64,000 bases of DNA from Octopus sinensis (taxonomy: Eukaryota): assembly GCF_006345805.1 (NCBI RefSeq), contig NC_043002.1:68634001-68698000 (forward strand), written 5' to 3'. The notes beneath the pieces were generated by a model that saw only the letters and a program-made list of their open reading frames with translations, was not told where the DNA came from and searched no databases. Shown here piece after piece: positions 26,814-39,040 of this stretch. Within the stretch, counting starts at the first letter, position 1. Each line of letters opens with the position of its first letter. The position numbers and the translations under genes were made by a program.

Positions 26814-26895
26814 CCAAAGAACCAAGAACTATTTCCTGCCAGGTGACAGATGCTGCGACTTGCTTTTGCATAGTTTCGATGACGATGCCATCCAT
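26814..26895 (-). CDS. Candidate first coding exon (MDGIVIETMQKQVAASVTWQEIVLGSL)
   Basis: aatATGG start context; donor G|GTCAGT in phase 1; CpG-retaining unique DNA ~1.2 kb upstream of FRAT. Confidence 0.22.
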
Positions 26896-27799
26896 ATTCG
26901 TTAGAAAGTTGCTCACTAACGCCTTGTCCCAGTAACCCCATACAAGAGGCAACAACAATAAACATTATATACATCCCATGTGATTGATAACACTGGAATG
27001 CGTTGCAATCCTAAAATGGTTCCATCGTAGGGCGGTTATACAAAAATATAACGAAAGTATATATCGTGTTCTCATTAGCACGCCGGTTTTTAGCTTCATA
27101 CCCCTGTATCTTCTTTATATTTCTCTGAACGGAATTCAGTTGACCGTTAGTTTATGTTTATCCTGTCTATTCCAAATGTGACCGCTTCTCAGTAGACAAT
27201 GGCGACTTATATTGCAAAGCAACATGTGTTGTTTGTTTAAACATGCAAACAACTGCAAAGTACAATGAATATAACCAGCAATACAAGCTACTTCCATCAA
27301 GATACTACTTATATAATTATGACAGCTTTCGTTAATTAGTTTTGTTTATTATTAACATCACCAAGAGCATTAAGAAGTCTCACTCGAGATGGAACCGGCA
27401 TAATATATATAAACATAAACAGCTGCCACCGGTATACATTATTACAGATTATTAAACCGATTGTTTTGAAACTGCAATAAATCACCATATCAGTACAAAA
27501 ATGTTTATTTGTTAGCAAAACAACAATAAAACACTATCGAAATATAATAACCCGCTTTAGGGAAGGGGGTTATTAAATATGATATTACTGTTTACTGAAT
27601 AAAGTAGCTAATATATTACGCCATTACTGAGGCTTTGTTTACAAAATAAAAATTATTTATTACAAAATGAATATTAATAAAGTGTGAAGATAATGTTTAC
27701 TAAGAATGTTTCAGTTTATATTAATATGAAATTAAAACGAAAAATTTCGAATAACATGAAAGTTATTTGAAAAAAACATTGGGTTTATTTTCTTGACGC

Positions 27800-28053
27800 G
27801 TAGTAACATGTCTATGTCAACAGACATGCCATTCAAAAGTGAAGCGTTCAAATTTTTAGCCAGTTCAAAGGGAAGTAAGTAACGAGGATTTTTAATTGGC
27901 CTATACGTGACGTTATTGGTCGTGGTTAATTGTAGCTAGTCGTGTATTGGCTGTTCGCTTGAACAAGAACTTTTATCAATGTGAAATATAAATATACACA
28001 GAAATAGGCCACTACTCCTTAGTTACGCTGTCGGAGACTACATCGTAGCAAAT
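27800..28053 (+). promoter_or_regulatory. Proximal promoter of the FRAT-like gene
   Basis: Three inverted CCAAT boxes (ATTGG at 27895, 27915, 27946), CRE-like TGACGT at 27908, TCF/LEF-type TTCAAAGG at 27864-27871; CpG-rich and free of TEs. Confidence 0.55.
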
Positions 28054-28890
28054 ATGCCGATCAGGTTAGAAAGCATGGGAGCTGTTAATGTTAGCCCTTC
28101 GAATCAAACGGATTTAAAAGATATCGAATGGTTAACTCGTGGCATCGAGGAAACATTACAGTTACAACAACATCAACATAACCATTGCGAAACCGGTCAC
28201 CATTTGAAGTCGGTTTCTCCTTCAGCAAGCAGCATGCCAAGTCGCCATCCTACTTTTAGTGGCGGTAATCAGGCACATGTGCCCATCGACCACGATAACA
28301 TGGTAATACCAACTAAACCTTGCAAAGCTGCCTCAGCCGGCACCTGGTTGCCTTACGTTTTACCGTCCGTTCGAGACAGACATCTAAACCGAGTGAAAAG
28401 TAATTGGCGGCACGGCAACTTCAATAATAATGACAACAATAACAAATGGGTTGTGAAGCGGCTAAACCACAGGAACGTGGTCAACAAGAGGAGGAAAAAT
28501 TATGTGTATATCGAAGATGTCCGGACTAGAAACGGTTGTAATACAGACTACAGGCATCACCAAAAATTGCTTTCTACACAGACATTAATTCAGGAAGCTG
28601 TGCGTCGACTGTATGGATTACATAGAAGCACTGGTTCTACAACCATTAATAATGATACAAACAATAACAACAATCCTAACAGTAGCACCATAATGACTAC
28701 TACTAATAATAATAGTAATAGTAGTAATAATAATAATAATGGTACTACTGTAGGACACAATGGCATGGTCTCTGTCGGGACCGGCAGCTGCTGTACATTA
28801 CAGCAAGAACGTCAACAACAACAACTATTACTATTTCAGCAAAACAGTTTTAGGGACAAATGTGAATTATTTTGTGATGTAACCGTATGA
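28054..28890 (+). CDS. FRAT: FRAT/GBP-family GSK3-binding protein, intronless, 278 aa
   Basis: MPxR start; DIEWLTRGIEETLQLQ matches FRAT1 EVDRLVAQIGETLQLD; PY motif; W-x-x-G; DYRHHQKLLSTQTLIQEAVRRL matches DPHRLLQQLVLSGNLIKEAVRRL; same motif order; single exon as in vertebrate FRATs; poly-N and poly-Q inserts. Confidence 0.9.
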   Translation: MPIRLESMGAVNVSPSNQTDLKDIEWLTRGIEETLQLQQHQHNHCETGHHLKSVSPSASSMPSRHPTFSGGNQAHVPIDHDNMVIPTKPCKAASAGTWLPYVLPSVRDRHLNRVKSNWRHGNFNNNDNNNKWVVKRLNHRNVVNKRRKNYVYIEDVRTRNGCNTDYRHHQKLLSTQTLIQEAVRRLYGLHRSTGSTTINNDTNNNNNPNSSTIMTTTNNNSNSSNNNNNGTTVGHNGMVSVGTGSCCTLQQERQQQQLLLFQQNSFRDKCELFCDVTV

Positions 28891-29048
28891 TTTATTTTTG
28901 ACTTAACATTTTATGTACATTATTTCAAATGTGTGGATTTTAACTCACACACATACACACACACCACACAAAAACATACACACAAACATCACTCATGCAC
29001 TCACTTCATACATATGTACATGCATTTTTCACACATCACATATATATT

Positions 29049-29083
<35 letters not shown>

Positions 29084-32056
29084 TTCGTTTATGCAAGGAG
29101 ATAATTTATCTGTGAAACTAAATTACGGTGAGGGTAAACTAGCGTACATGTGAGTCTGTGTGTGTATCTATGTATATAGGCATTCCTTTATATGTATAAT
29201 ATATACATATATACACACACACACACACACACTCCATACGCATCTATATGGTTAGTTTGTGTGTGTATATATTTTAACTATTGAAAGAGGAAGCCAAATG
29301 GCTAGTTTCAGTAGCTATGGTAAATATCAGTATGAACAACAAACCGCATAACCCGGCAAGACAACATTAGTGGCTACGGAATATGTGTGTGTATAATATA
29401 TATATAATTTCGGTGGTGAGATAATAGCGATCTCTCTATAACCAGTAAATTAAACCTATGGTTTAATTTACCCATGGTTTCATGGCTGGAGGTCGATTAA
29501 AATTTTTCCAAATAGTATCTGTGATTTCCAACAATTTCGTTTGCTATATTTCTATTCTAATAATGATACATGGAAAAATATACTAATCCCCGAGACGGAG
29601 TGATAATGTAAATTTTTTGGTAATATTTAATGTGTAAATTATAGCTGCGTTCTCGGATCGAACGTGTACACGTCAGATATCCAGTACTTGTTACTATTGT
29701 TAACTAATTCTATTCAGATATTATTAGTATTATCATTATTACCATCATCGTTCATTATTTTTGTCCTTTAAAAATGCAAATGTTTTCTTTGTCAATGACA
29801 GTCTTTTTTTAAAATATGTGTGTGTATATGCATATATATATATTGTGTTACATCTCTATGGTTATATTTGTGTGTATATAAATATGTGCATGGTCATAAA
29901 TATATGCATATAGATGTATGATTCACATATTTATATACGTATGTGCACACAGATACACGCATGCAAATATATGCATATAGATATGCACATAGGTATATAG
30001 ATATGTACTTAATATTTACGCACATGCATACAAATGTATGATGCACATATATATACATATATATGACATAACTACATTTGGTGTTCCCCTTCCCAACCAT
30101 ATAATTATTTGAAAAATGCATATTTTTAATTAAATTTTATATACACTCATACACACACACAAATGTAATTATTGATGCTGAAAGTTTAAAAAAATACCGT
30201 AATTTAAATTCTTTAAAGAAAAAAATCAGATCATTTGAATTTTGTTTTGTGTTGTTTTTTTTTCTGTATATATTACATACAAATATAAATATATATTTTT
30301 AATTTTTGCCCGCAGTTCTGTGGTTGCTCTTTGTTTGGTTTGATTTGTGTGGGTGGCACTGTCTTTAGTATATATGCTGCTTCTTCGGTCACGCTAGTCT
30401 CTTGTATCAACAACACTTCATCTTCCACCACCACAACAGTGTTGTGTGTGTATATGTACGTATGTGTATATATATATATATATATATCTGTGGTGTGTGT
30501 TTAATTTCTCTACCTTCCCACTCCACTCAATTTTATCATCAGCCCAAACAAATCGACATCCCTCGTGGTTTATTTTTTTTATAGGGTGGTAAAGAATATA
30601 AATTTATCACATACGCATGCATATATATATATATATATATATATAATGTGTGTATAAATAATGTCTATATATATATATATTCTCTATAGATACACATACA
30701 TACTGTTCTGCTTTATCAGTTTTTATTTTGGCTATTTTCACGATTAGAAAAAAAAATCAACATATATATTTACAACTCCCCCTGTCCACCAGCGTGGACA
30801 TTAGTGACCGTTGGTAATTTAATATATATGAAAATATTTACAGTGCAACTGAATGCGGAAGGTTGTTTTCATTGCTATGTATATTAGGCAACTCTCTCTT
30901 ACACACATACACAACTGTACTATATAGGATTTTTTTTTTTAATTAGCGATGGGTCCTCCCTGGTAAAATATAGCATGGCTGACACCGACTCTAAACCGAC
31001 GCAGCCTCTACCCCGGTGCCATAAATAATTCGGACACACGAGCCAAAATCTCGCCGTATTGTCTGTCAGTGGAAAGACAGATTGGATTGTCTAGAAGAGT
31101 TAGAAAAAAATACCTAATGGTCACGGTTGGAAAGATTGAATGTTTCCTCCCTCGTTCAGGGCTGATCTGGGGTGGTGTGGAATAAACGACTCTCAGATAC
31201 ACATATACAGTTTTCAGTTGAAATTTACTTAGGTATTTAAAAGACAAAAAAAAAAAAAAGCAATCTGGGTCTATCTTTTTCTCTCCTTCACACTATCCTC
31301 ACCACTCTACGTTAAGGTTATTTAAATTACGATAGTCTTTAAATTGTTGCTAATTAATGTTGATAATCTATGCAATTATCAGCGTCTCTCTTTAATACTT
31401 TTCTAGGAAGTCTTAATATTTTTTCAGATGAATTTAAAACAAATTATCAGTTTCATTTTTCCCCTGGCAGACTGCTATCTAACTGCGAATTACAATTATA
31501 ACACGCAGCTATCTTAGCATAATATAATATACTTATATAATTTATGCTCTTGTGTGTGTATGTATGTATATATATGTGTATAAATATGAGTATATATGTA
31601 TACGTGCATATATATATAGACATACATACATACAAGTATAGTTTATATTTAAACATCTGCACCTAACTGTATCTACACATACCTATGCACACACATGAAT
31701 GTGAATATATATATATGTATATTGTATATATAAGTATATAACTGTATATATATATATATATATAGGTGTGTGCATGTCCTGGGGGGGGGGTTACCTAAGC
31801 ATGTATTTCATGCTTACACGTGTAGATGCGTTATTTACAATGCGTGTCTCAAGATAGTTCATGTCTCAGATATATGATCTTGTTATTGTTTACTGTTATT
31901 GACCAGTCTTTTTTTACAGTCTTCGCAGCAGGCTGTTTATCAACAAGTCCAGGATGTTGTTGACCTTCTCTCGTCTTGCTATTTATGACACATCGCTCTT
32001 TTCTGGCGGCCTCCTTATCTTTGCCCTCTACCTTCTCTTTCTCGTGTTTAGGTGTG

Positions 32057-32092
<36 letters not shown>

Positions 32093-33829
32093 TGTCACTA
32101 CCCTCGCCAGCATTTTTGTGCAATTATATAGTTAATATGCATTTATCAATAATTTTATCACAGATGTATTTTAAGACATAAATATCATTCTCCACCCCTT
32201 ACAACTTCATAGTACCTCCTTTGTTTTTTTTTTTATATTATTGCTTAGAATGTGTACATGTGAGGTTTTTCTGAAGGAATATAAACTAAATCTAAAATAA
32301 TCGTTAGTTTGTTTACTAAGCGAATAGTAACTGTTGCAAACGATAATATTAAAGGATCTAGGTATTCTTTAAAAATTATTTAGAAAAAAAAAACACACAC
32401 ATCAATATTAGGATGCAGTAGCTTTTTTTTATTTTTATTTTCTTTCGGAGTCGATTCTAAAATTCGGTCTCTTGTTTTGTGGTTTTCACCATGTTTCTTA
32501 AACGCCTTTGAGAGATGCATGAATGTATCAACTTCTCATTTCCCGCTTTCTCAGTACACTTGAGGTATTCCCTATGTTTATCAAACATTTCAAACTAAGT
32601 ACATAATAAACACACTCAGTACATAATAAATCTCAAAGTAGTGTCTTGTGTACTTTTAGTTGATGCTTATTTCGTTGAAGGTGGTGGTGGTGGTGGTAGT
32701 TGTTTTCACTAATTTGTTATTGTGACTTTCTCTGCTGCCGTCCAACGAGGCTCAAAACGTGACTTTTATCTAGAGTTTAGGTAGGAATGGAGGCTTCTAC
32801 ACAGACAGGGTGCTGTCGATAAGCATGTGCTTGCGTCGTTATTCAATGCTTGCTACAGAGATCCACCGACCACCCACTCCCTAACTTAAGCATTTCTCCG
32901 CCCCCTCCGTCTCTCATCTTCCTCTTTATTTCTTTCTTCTCTCTGTTGTTCTTTGTTTATTCCATCGATTTTGTCAATGCGTTTTTTTTTTCCCTCTATA
33001 GATACTCAATATTTGCTGGATTCTACCATTTCTACGTCCACTTTATTTTCGGCACAAAGAGATACTTCTCTACTTCGACCTCTGGCCTAGACCAGACACA
33101 CAAACACACACACATTCACAAATATAAACAAGCATTACCTCCTCCTCCTCCACCTCCTCCCTGCATATTTGTTATTTTATTTACCTTAGCTGACTGGCTG
33201 CGTTCTTCTCAATAGTATGTTTCTTGCTGGGGAATTCAGATTATTTACCAAAGTCTCTTCCACTAGACGAAAGGCAGCTCAGTTAGAGTTACAGGGCGGC
33301 GACGGGAGGACAGTATTGAGCTCAAACCTGCTTGTATTGTTTACTGGGAAATATGTCATGAAGTATAGTAATAATAATAATCTGTTACATAAATGTTTAT
33401 TTGACATATATTTCACTATTCAGGTGATAATAATGGAACACTAGAATAAGGTTACTAATACATTCTTTTCACTTCTACATTTTCGAAATCTGTCTCTTAA
33501 TTGACCTTATTAATTTTGTATTTCGCAGGTAGCTTATAGTAATTGTAAAGATATATTATCATTATAGTAATAGTAAAGATATATTATCATTATAACAGTG
33601 GAAATGGCTGGGACTGCTCCAGACCAAATGTAGTAGAGAATGAGTAATTATGTTGAGGATCAACTTTGGATTTCTCGACAGTTAAAGAGTAGCAATAACT
33701 CTATAAAAGCCAGTCTTGTGTTTTATTAAGAAGCTCTTTTTATTGGCAGTAATTTATTCCACCAAGTTTACACCTCCACAATAAATGCTTAATTAATGAT
33801 AAAAATGTAGTGTAAGCATTAATTATTAG

Positions 33830-34040
33830 GGTTCTGGATTGGTAGGATTGTTAGAGCGTCGAACAAATTGCATTTGTGTTATTTAGTTTCGGTTCTTCAC
33901 CTTCTGAGTTCAATACTGCCGGAATCAACTTTACATTTCACGAAAAAAAAAAGAAGAAAAAAGTACCAGTCACGTACTGGGGTAGATTTAATCGACCAAT
34001 ATCGTTTACTCAAAATTTCTGGTCTTGTGCCCAAAATGTT
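33830..34040 (+). mobile_element. SINE family B, degenerate
   Basis: ggattggtaggattgttagagcgtc...ttctgagttcaatact...aagtaccagtcacgtactggggtag. Confidence 0.6.
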
Positions 34041-34584
34041 ATTGTTGTGACGGTGAGTTACAACCGGTTAGTGCCAGATAAAATGTTTTGTAGTATTTAA
34101 TTACGTCTCTTTATTTCCTGAGCTCAAGTCTGGTTGAGATCTATTTAGCATTCCATCTCTTTGGAAGTTGACAAAATATGTACCAGTCAATGAGTAAAGT
34201 CGATGTAGCCTATATAAGAATTATTATTACCCAAACAACTACATTTTTTGTTTGCTTAGCTTATTTTCCTACCCTTCTATCTTTAATCAGTTCTTGTTTC
34301 CTCAACATCTCCCTGTTATTTACTCACTCGGGAGGAAAAATATCGACCCCAAAATTTTCTTAGATTATTTGAATTGCTTTACAGCTATTTATTGACCATA
34401 TATTAGTTTCTGGGTCTATTTTGGATGTTTAACAATTGCTTGTATGTAATTTAAGCTAGGGATTTAACACATTCCATCTGTTATACAAAACAGCATTCAC
34501 ATATAATTGTTAAGAATATTAAGTTTATCTCTCTATTAAGTATCAGCAGTTTAAAGCAATTATTTTCAGCCTCTAATAAAATGC

Positions 34585-34633
<49 letters not shown>

Positions 34634-35090
34634 TGCACACATGTGTAAGAATTTACATACAGGCATATATAGCATATATATAAACAAGAAGCTATCGCCG
34701 TACTTTCGTTTGCCATCATTGTTTCAATATCTGCTTTTTTTGTGCTTGCATGGGACAGACGAAATTTGTTGAAGCAGATTTTCTGCAACCAGATCCCCCT
34801 TCCTGTTGCTACCTCTCACCTGTAATCAAACAAAGTAATGTTTTTCCTATAGCCAGACATTTTTCATGGAAGACGTCACTTACGTGACTGACACTTGTGT
34901 CCACAACCATTCTGTGATGCGAAGACAAGTGGGGACACGTGTGTGTGTCTGTGTACACACATGCGCGCGCGCACACACATATATATGTAGGATGGGCTCC
35001 TTAGAGTTATATGTATCTATGTATATATATATATATATATGTATCATATATGTGTGTGTGTCTCTATATATATATGTTTGTGTGACTATA

Positions 35091-35121
<31 letters not shown>

Positions 35122-36666
35122 CTAAATATATATATATCTATCTCTCATTTAATATATGTATGGTGTATATATATAATACACCCCCACACACGCACTCCTA
35201 ATATATATATTCAGTTCATTCTACAACTGTGATCTCATCTATGTAGAGAGCATTCCATTGTAGCTAACTACATAATCTGTTACTGCTGTTGTTGACATAG
35301 CAAGATATCAACAATTTAAACCAAGTATGCGTGTATGTCAGAAACACATTTACCCACCAAATACCCATACTACTATTATCATCATCTTTGTCAGATAAAT
35401 CTCTCTCTCAGACCTTTTTTTTTTTTATTTAAACCTCTTGAGCATTTATTTTTCCTGAGTAACAGCTGGTTAAATTCTGAATTTTTTGATTGGTTGAAAA
35501 TATAAATTCTTCTGCCTCTAGTAACACATTTTTACTCATTTTCTTTCTTTCCACCTCATATTACATTTTGAAGAGTTGTTATCTGTATTGTTGACCTGTG
35601 ATCTTGCCTGTTATGTATTTATTGACTTTTTGGTACAATGTTTGCAAAAGGTTAGTAAAAAAAAAATTGACAAGTAAAAAGAAAAAAAAAATGTTAAATA
35701 AATTGAAGAAGAAAATTTGAATTCTGTGTTTTCTGATGTATAATTTTGTTAATTTAATCTTTTGCTATAAAATCGATTCTTTTGGATATGATTGTTACTG
35801 TAAATCTGAAAATCCTAAGTGTTTTCTAAAATAGAAAGCAGAAAAGAATCAATTCCACAAATTTTAAATGTCATTTTTCAGCAAGCAGTTATCAATATGC
35901 TAAGCTCCATCTTCACAAGTGCTGCTTTTTTGTATAGCTGAGGGAGGAGACAGGACAATGCCCATGAAGACTTCATTTATATATTTATTTTTGCAGCACC
36001 TCCTGGTGGAAAGGGAATAAGACTCATTTGTTGTAGTCAGAGTAGATTGTTAAGCTGACCAGTAGTCATAGCTGAAGATGTTAAGTTGATAGATTAAGTC
36101 TGTCATCCCAAAATAATTAGTTTGTTTTGGTGGGTTTCTGCATAGTTTCTGTCTACCCAGTTTTGCTTATAAGGCTTGAATTGAACCAAGGGTATAGCCA
36201 AAAGAAATTTTTCCGAAATGGTGAGATTGAAGTTGGAACTGTGATTATGAAAGGAAATTCTTAATCATAACAGATCTAACTGCATTCATACATTGATTGG
36301 TTACTATTAATTCAACCTTAGATTTTAAAACTCATCTTTCTAAGTAACCTCGTCTGAAACTACAAATATTTATTTGTACCCTTTCATTAAGTATTTATCT
36401 TTTGATTAAGCTACTTATTTTAACCCATTTTAACACTAAAAATTAATTAGATCAGGTGACTAATTTTAAAGTGTAAAATCTATTTTAAGAATATAACATT
36501 TCACTGAGTGATTATATACCAAAACAAATTTTCTATTGTTTCCCTTTTTTTTTGTCATCTTTGTTAAGCCCCACTGAAAATAACCATCAGTCATTCTTTT
36601 TTTTTATATTTAAGCTTTCACTAAATTAATTCATGTGTATAACTCTGTAGCTGCTTTTGTTTTCAG

Positions 36667-36687
36667 AATTAACTGAAAGAGCTGGAG
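36667..36687 (+). CDS. Candidate 21-nt micro-exon
   Basis: gcttttgttttcAG | aattaactgaaagagctggag | GTAATC; open only in phase 1 (LTERAG); host gene not identified. Confidence 0.2.
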
Positions 36688-37729
36688 GTAATCATTGTCA
36701 TAAATCTGTTTAGATCCTGTCAAGCTTTCTCTACCAACTTCCTGAAAATTAACACTAGTGTATAATCACCACGTGTGTGAGAGACTTGTTTTCTAATAAG
36801 TAGTAAAGTGTGAAAAAAATGTTACTTTGAATTAATTGCCTCTTGAACTAGATATCTATGTTAATAATCTCTGCCACTCAAAGTAACTGTATATTTATTA
36901 GCACATCTATCTTTGGAAATATTTTATGAATGATGGTACTGAAAATGAGATTTTTGTCAAACTTAAACTATAATTAACTAAAGAATAAATTTGTTTTCAT
37001 GCAGCAAAATGCCCAGTTAAATGTTTCTGCTGCGAGACTAATAAAATGTTTTCATTACTAACATTTTAGCTTATTATACTTCAATAATTTAGGACAGTTT
37101 CTGATCTGATATGAGTTATCATATTTTATTATAAAATCTTGAAATTTCTAACATTTGGCACAAGGTCTCAAATTTATAAGAAAGGAGTTTAGTTTTTGAT
37201 TAATACTTATGTTATCAATTCTGAGTCAGCAAGGAGCTTGTACATGATCACTCGTTCTGTTAATGAAAAGCCAACTTCTTTTAAATCACACTACACTTAA
37301 TCTAGGAAGAACAAAATGGATAATGTTGATTGAGATATCCCAAAATGTAGGATGATCATAGCTGAAACACTTATGATCATAGACATGCTTGATCAGAGCT
37401 AACTTGGGACTAAATGACAAGTTTTAAAAGGATGAAAAGAAATTTTGATAATGGCAAGACTGGAATGTAAGTAAAGGAAGACAACTTTATATTGCAGAGT
37501 ATTTAGTCCGTGAAGCTAGCATTCTGCCATCTAATTGCTGTATCTTACCTCTATCAGGTTATTTGATCTGCAAGATAGAAATTCATACTCTATCAACTAA
37601 AAAATGATCACAATGTTAGATGAATTGGACCTGAAGACATGGAATAGTATTAGCTGGAATGCCTTTTAATCTGGAGTCTTTTCTTTCACTTTCAGGAACT
37701 AAATAACAAGAAGTTTATATAGAAAGAGA

Positions 37730-37760
<31 letters not shown>

Positions 37761-37794
37761 GTTTAGTTTGTCAGAAAGGGCTGTGTACATATCC

Positions 37795-38225
37795 TTCTGA
37801 CCTTCGAACGTTGGGCTTCACAGAGGCAATGACAAAAGACTGAGACCTCTGGAGATAAGATGTGACTGCGAAGACCTGACAAACGGAGTTCATGGCTGTA
37901 TCTTACATCAACTTCACACAACCAGCCCCAGCCCATTCAAAGTACCTTGGATTGTGGGGCAACCTGCTGTGCTTGAGGAGACCTATTGAGTCAAGAACAT
38001 CAAAATAAAAATCAAATGGAATTGTAGTTGTGATACCTGTGCCAGTGGCACGTAAAAAGCACCCACTACTCTCACGGAGTGGTTGGCATTAGGAAGGACA
38101 TCCAGCTGTAGAAACACTGCCAGATCAGACTGGAGCTTGGTGCAGCCTCCTGGCTTCCCAGACCCCGGTCGAACCGTCCAACCCATGCTAGCATGGAAAA
38201 CAGACGTTAAACCATGATGATGATG
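37795..38225 (+). mobile_element. RTE LINE 3' end with (GAT)n tail
   Basis: gaccttcgaacgttgggcttcacagaggcaatgac (ORF end DLRTLGFTEAM) followed by the conserved tail. Confidence 0.8.
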
Positions 38226-38227
38226 AA

Positions 38228-39040
38228 TACAGGCGTGGGGATAGCTGGTTAAAAAGCTTGCTTTGCAACCAGTCTCATTGCATGGTACCGTGATTCTCTT
38301 GCGAGTGAATTTGCTAGACGGAAACTGTGTGGAAGCCTGTTGTATGTATATATATGTCTTTGACTCCCCCACCACTTGACAACTAGTGTTGGTTTGTTTA
38401 CACCCCTGTAACTTAGTGGTTCAACAAAAGAGACCAATAGAATACAAGACTTAAAAAATGAGTCCCAGGGTCAATTTGTTTGACTAAACTCTTCAAGGTC
38501 GTGCCCCAGCATGGCCGCAATCCTATGACAGAAACAAGTAAAAGAAAAATGATGTGATTCTAAGTTTTATTTATTTTTTTATCAAAGTACAAATGGATAT
38601 TTTTTTAGAGATGAAGCATGGAAGACTTGATTGGTATACTGTTGAATGAATGGAAAACAGATGATCCTTGCAAGGCTCAAAAACATTTATCTAATTCCAA
38701 TAGTCTAACAATTTCATATAGTTCTGAGTTAAAATCCCAGCTGTACAGAATCTTGAGCAAGTGTCTTCTACTGTGGGTCCAGGGTAACTTCTGTCTTGTG
38801 AGTGAAATTTGATAGGCAGACCATGCAAAAGCTCTTCATGTACATGTTTGTCCCCCAACATCGCTTGACAACCAATGCTGGTGTGTTTACATCCCCGTAA
38901 CTTAGCGGTTCGGCAAAAGAGACCGATAGAGTAAATACTAGGCTTACAAAGAATAAGTCGGGTCGATTTGCTTGACTAAAGGCGGTGCTCCAGCATGGCC
39001 ATAGTCAAATGACTGAAACACATAAAAGAGTAAAAGAGTC
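38228..39040 (+). mobile_element. Two SINE family A copies (~38228-38550, ~38715-39040)
   Basis: Each ends ccagcatggcc..gactgaaaca..aaaagag. Confidence 0.7.

Noticed and set aside
31916-31990. Terminal-exon-like SSQQAVYQQVQDVVDLLSSCYL*
   Set aside because: No upstream exon identified, and the FRAT ORF is already complete.
34673-34825. TM-helix-like reading EAIAVLSFAIIVSISAFFVLAWDRR
   Set aside because: In-frame stop just upstream with no credible acceptor; T-rich DNA gives hydrophobic translations by chance.
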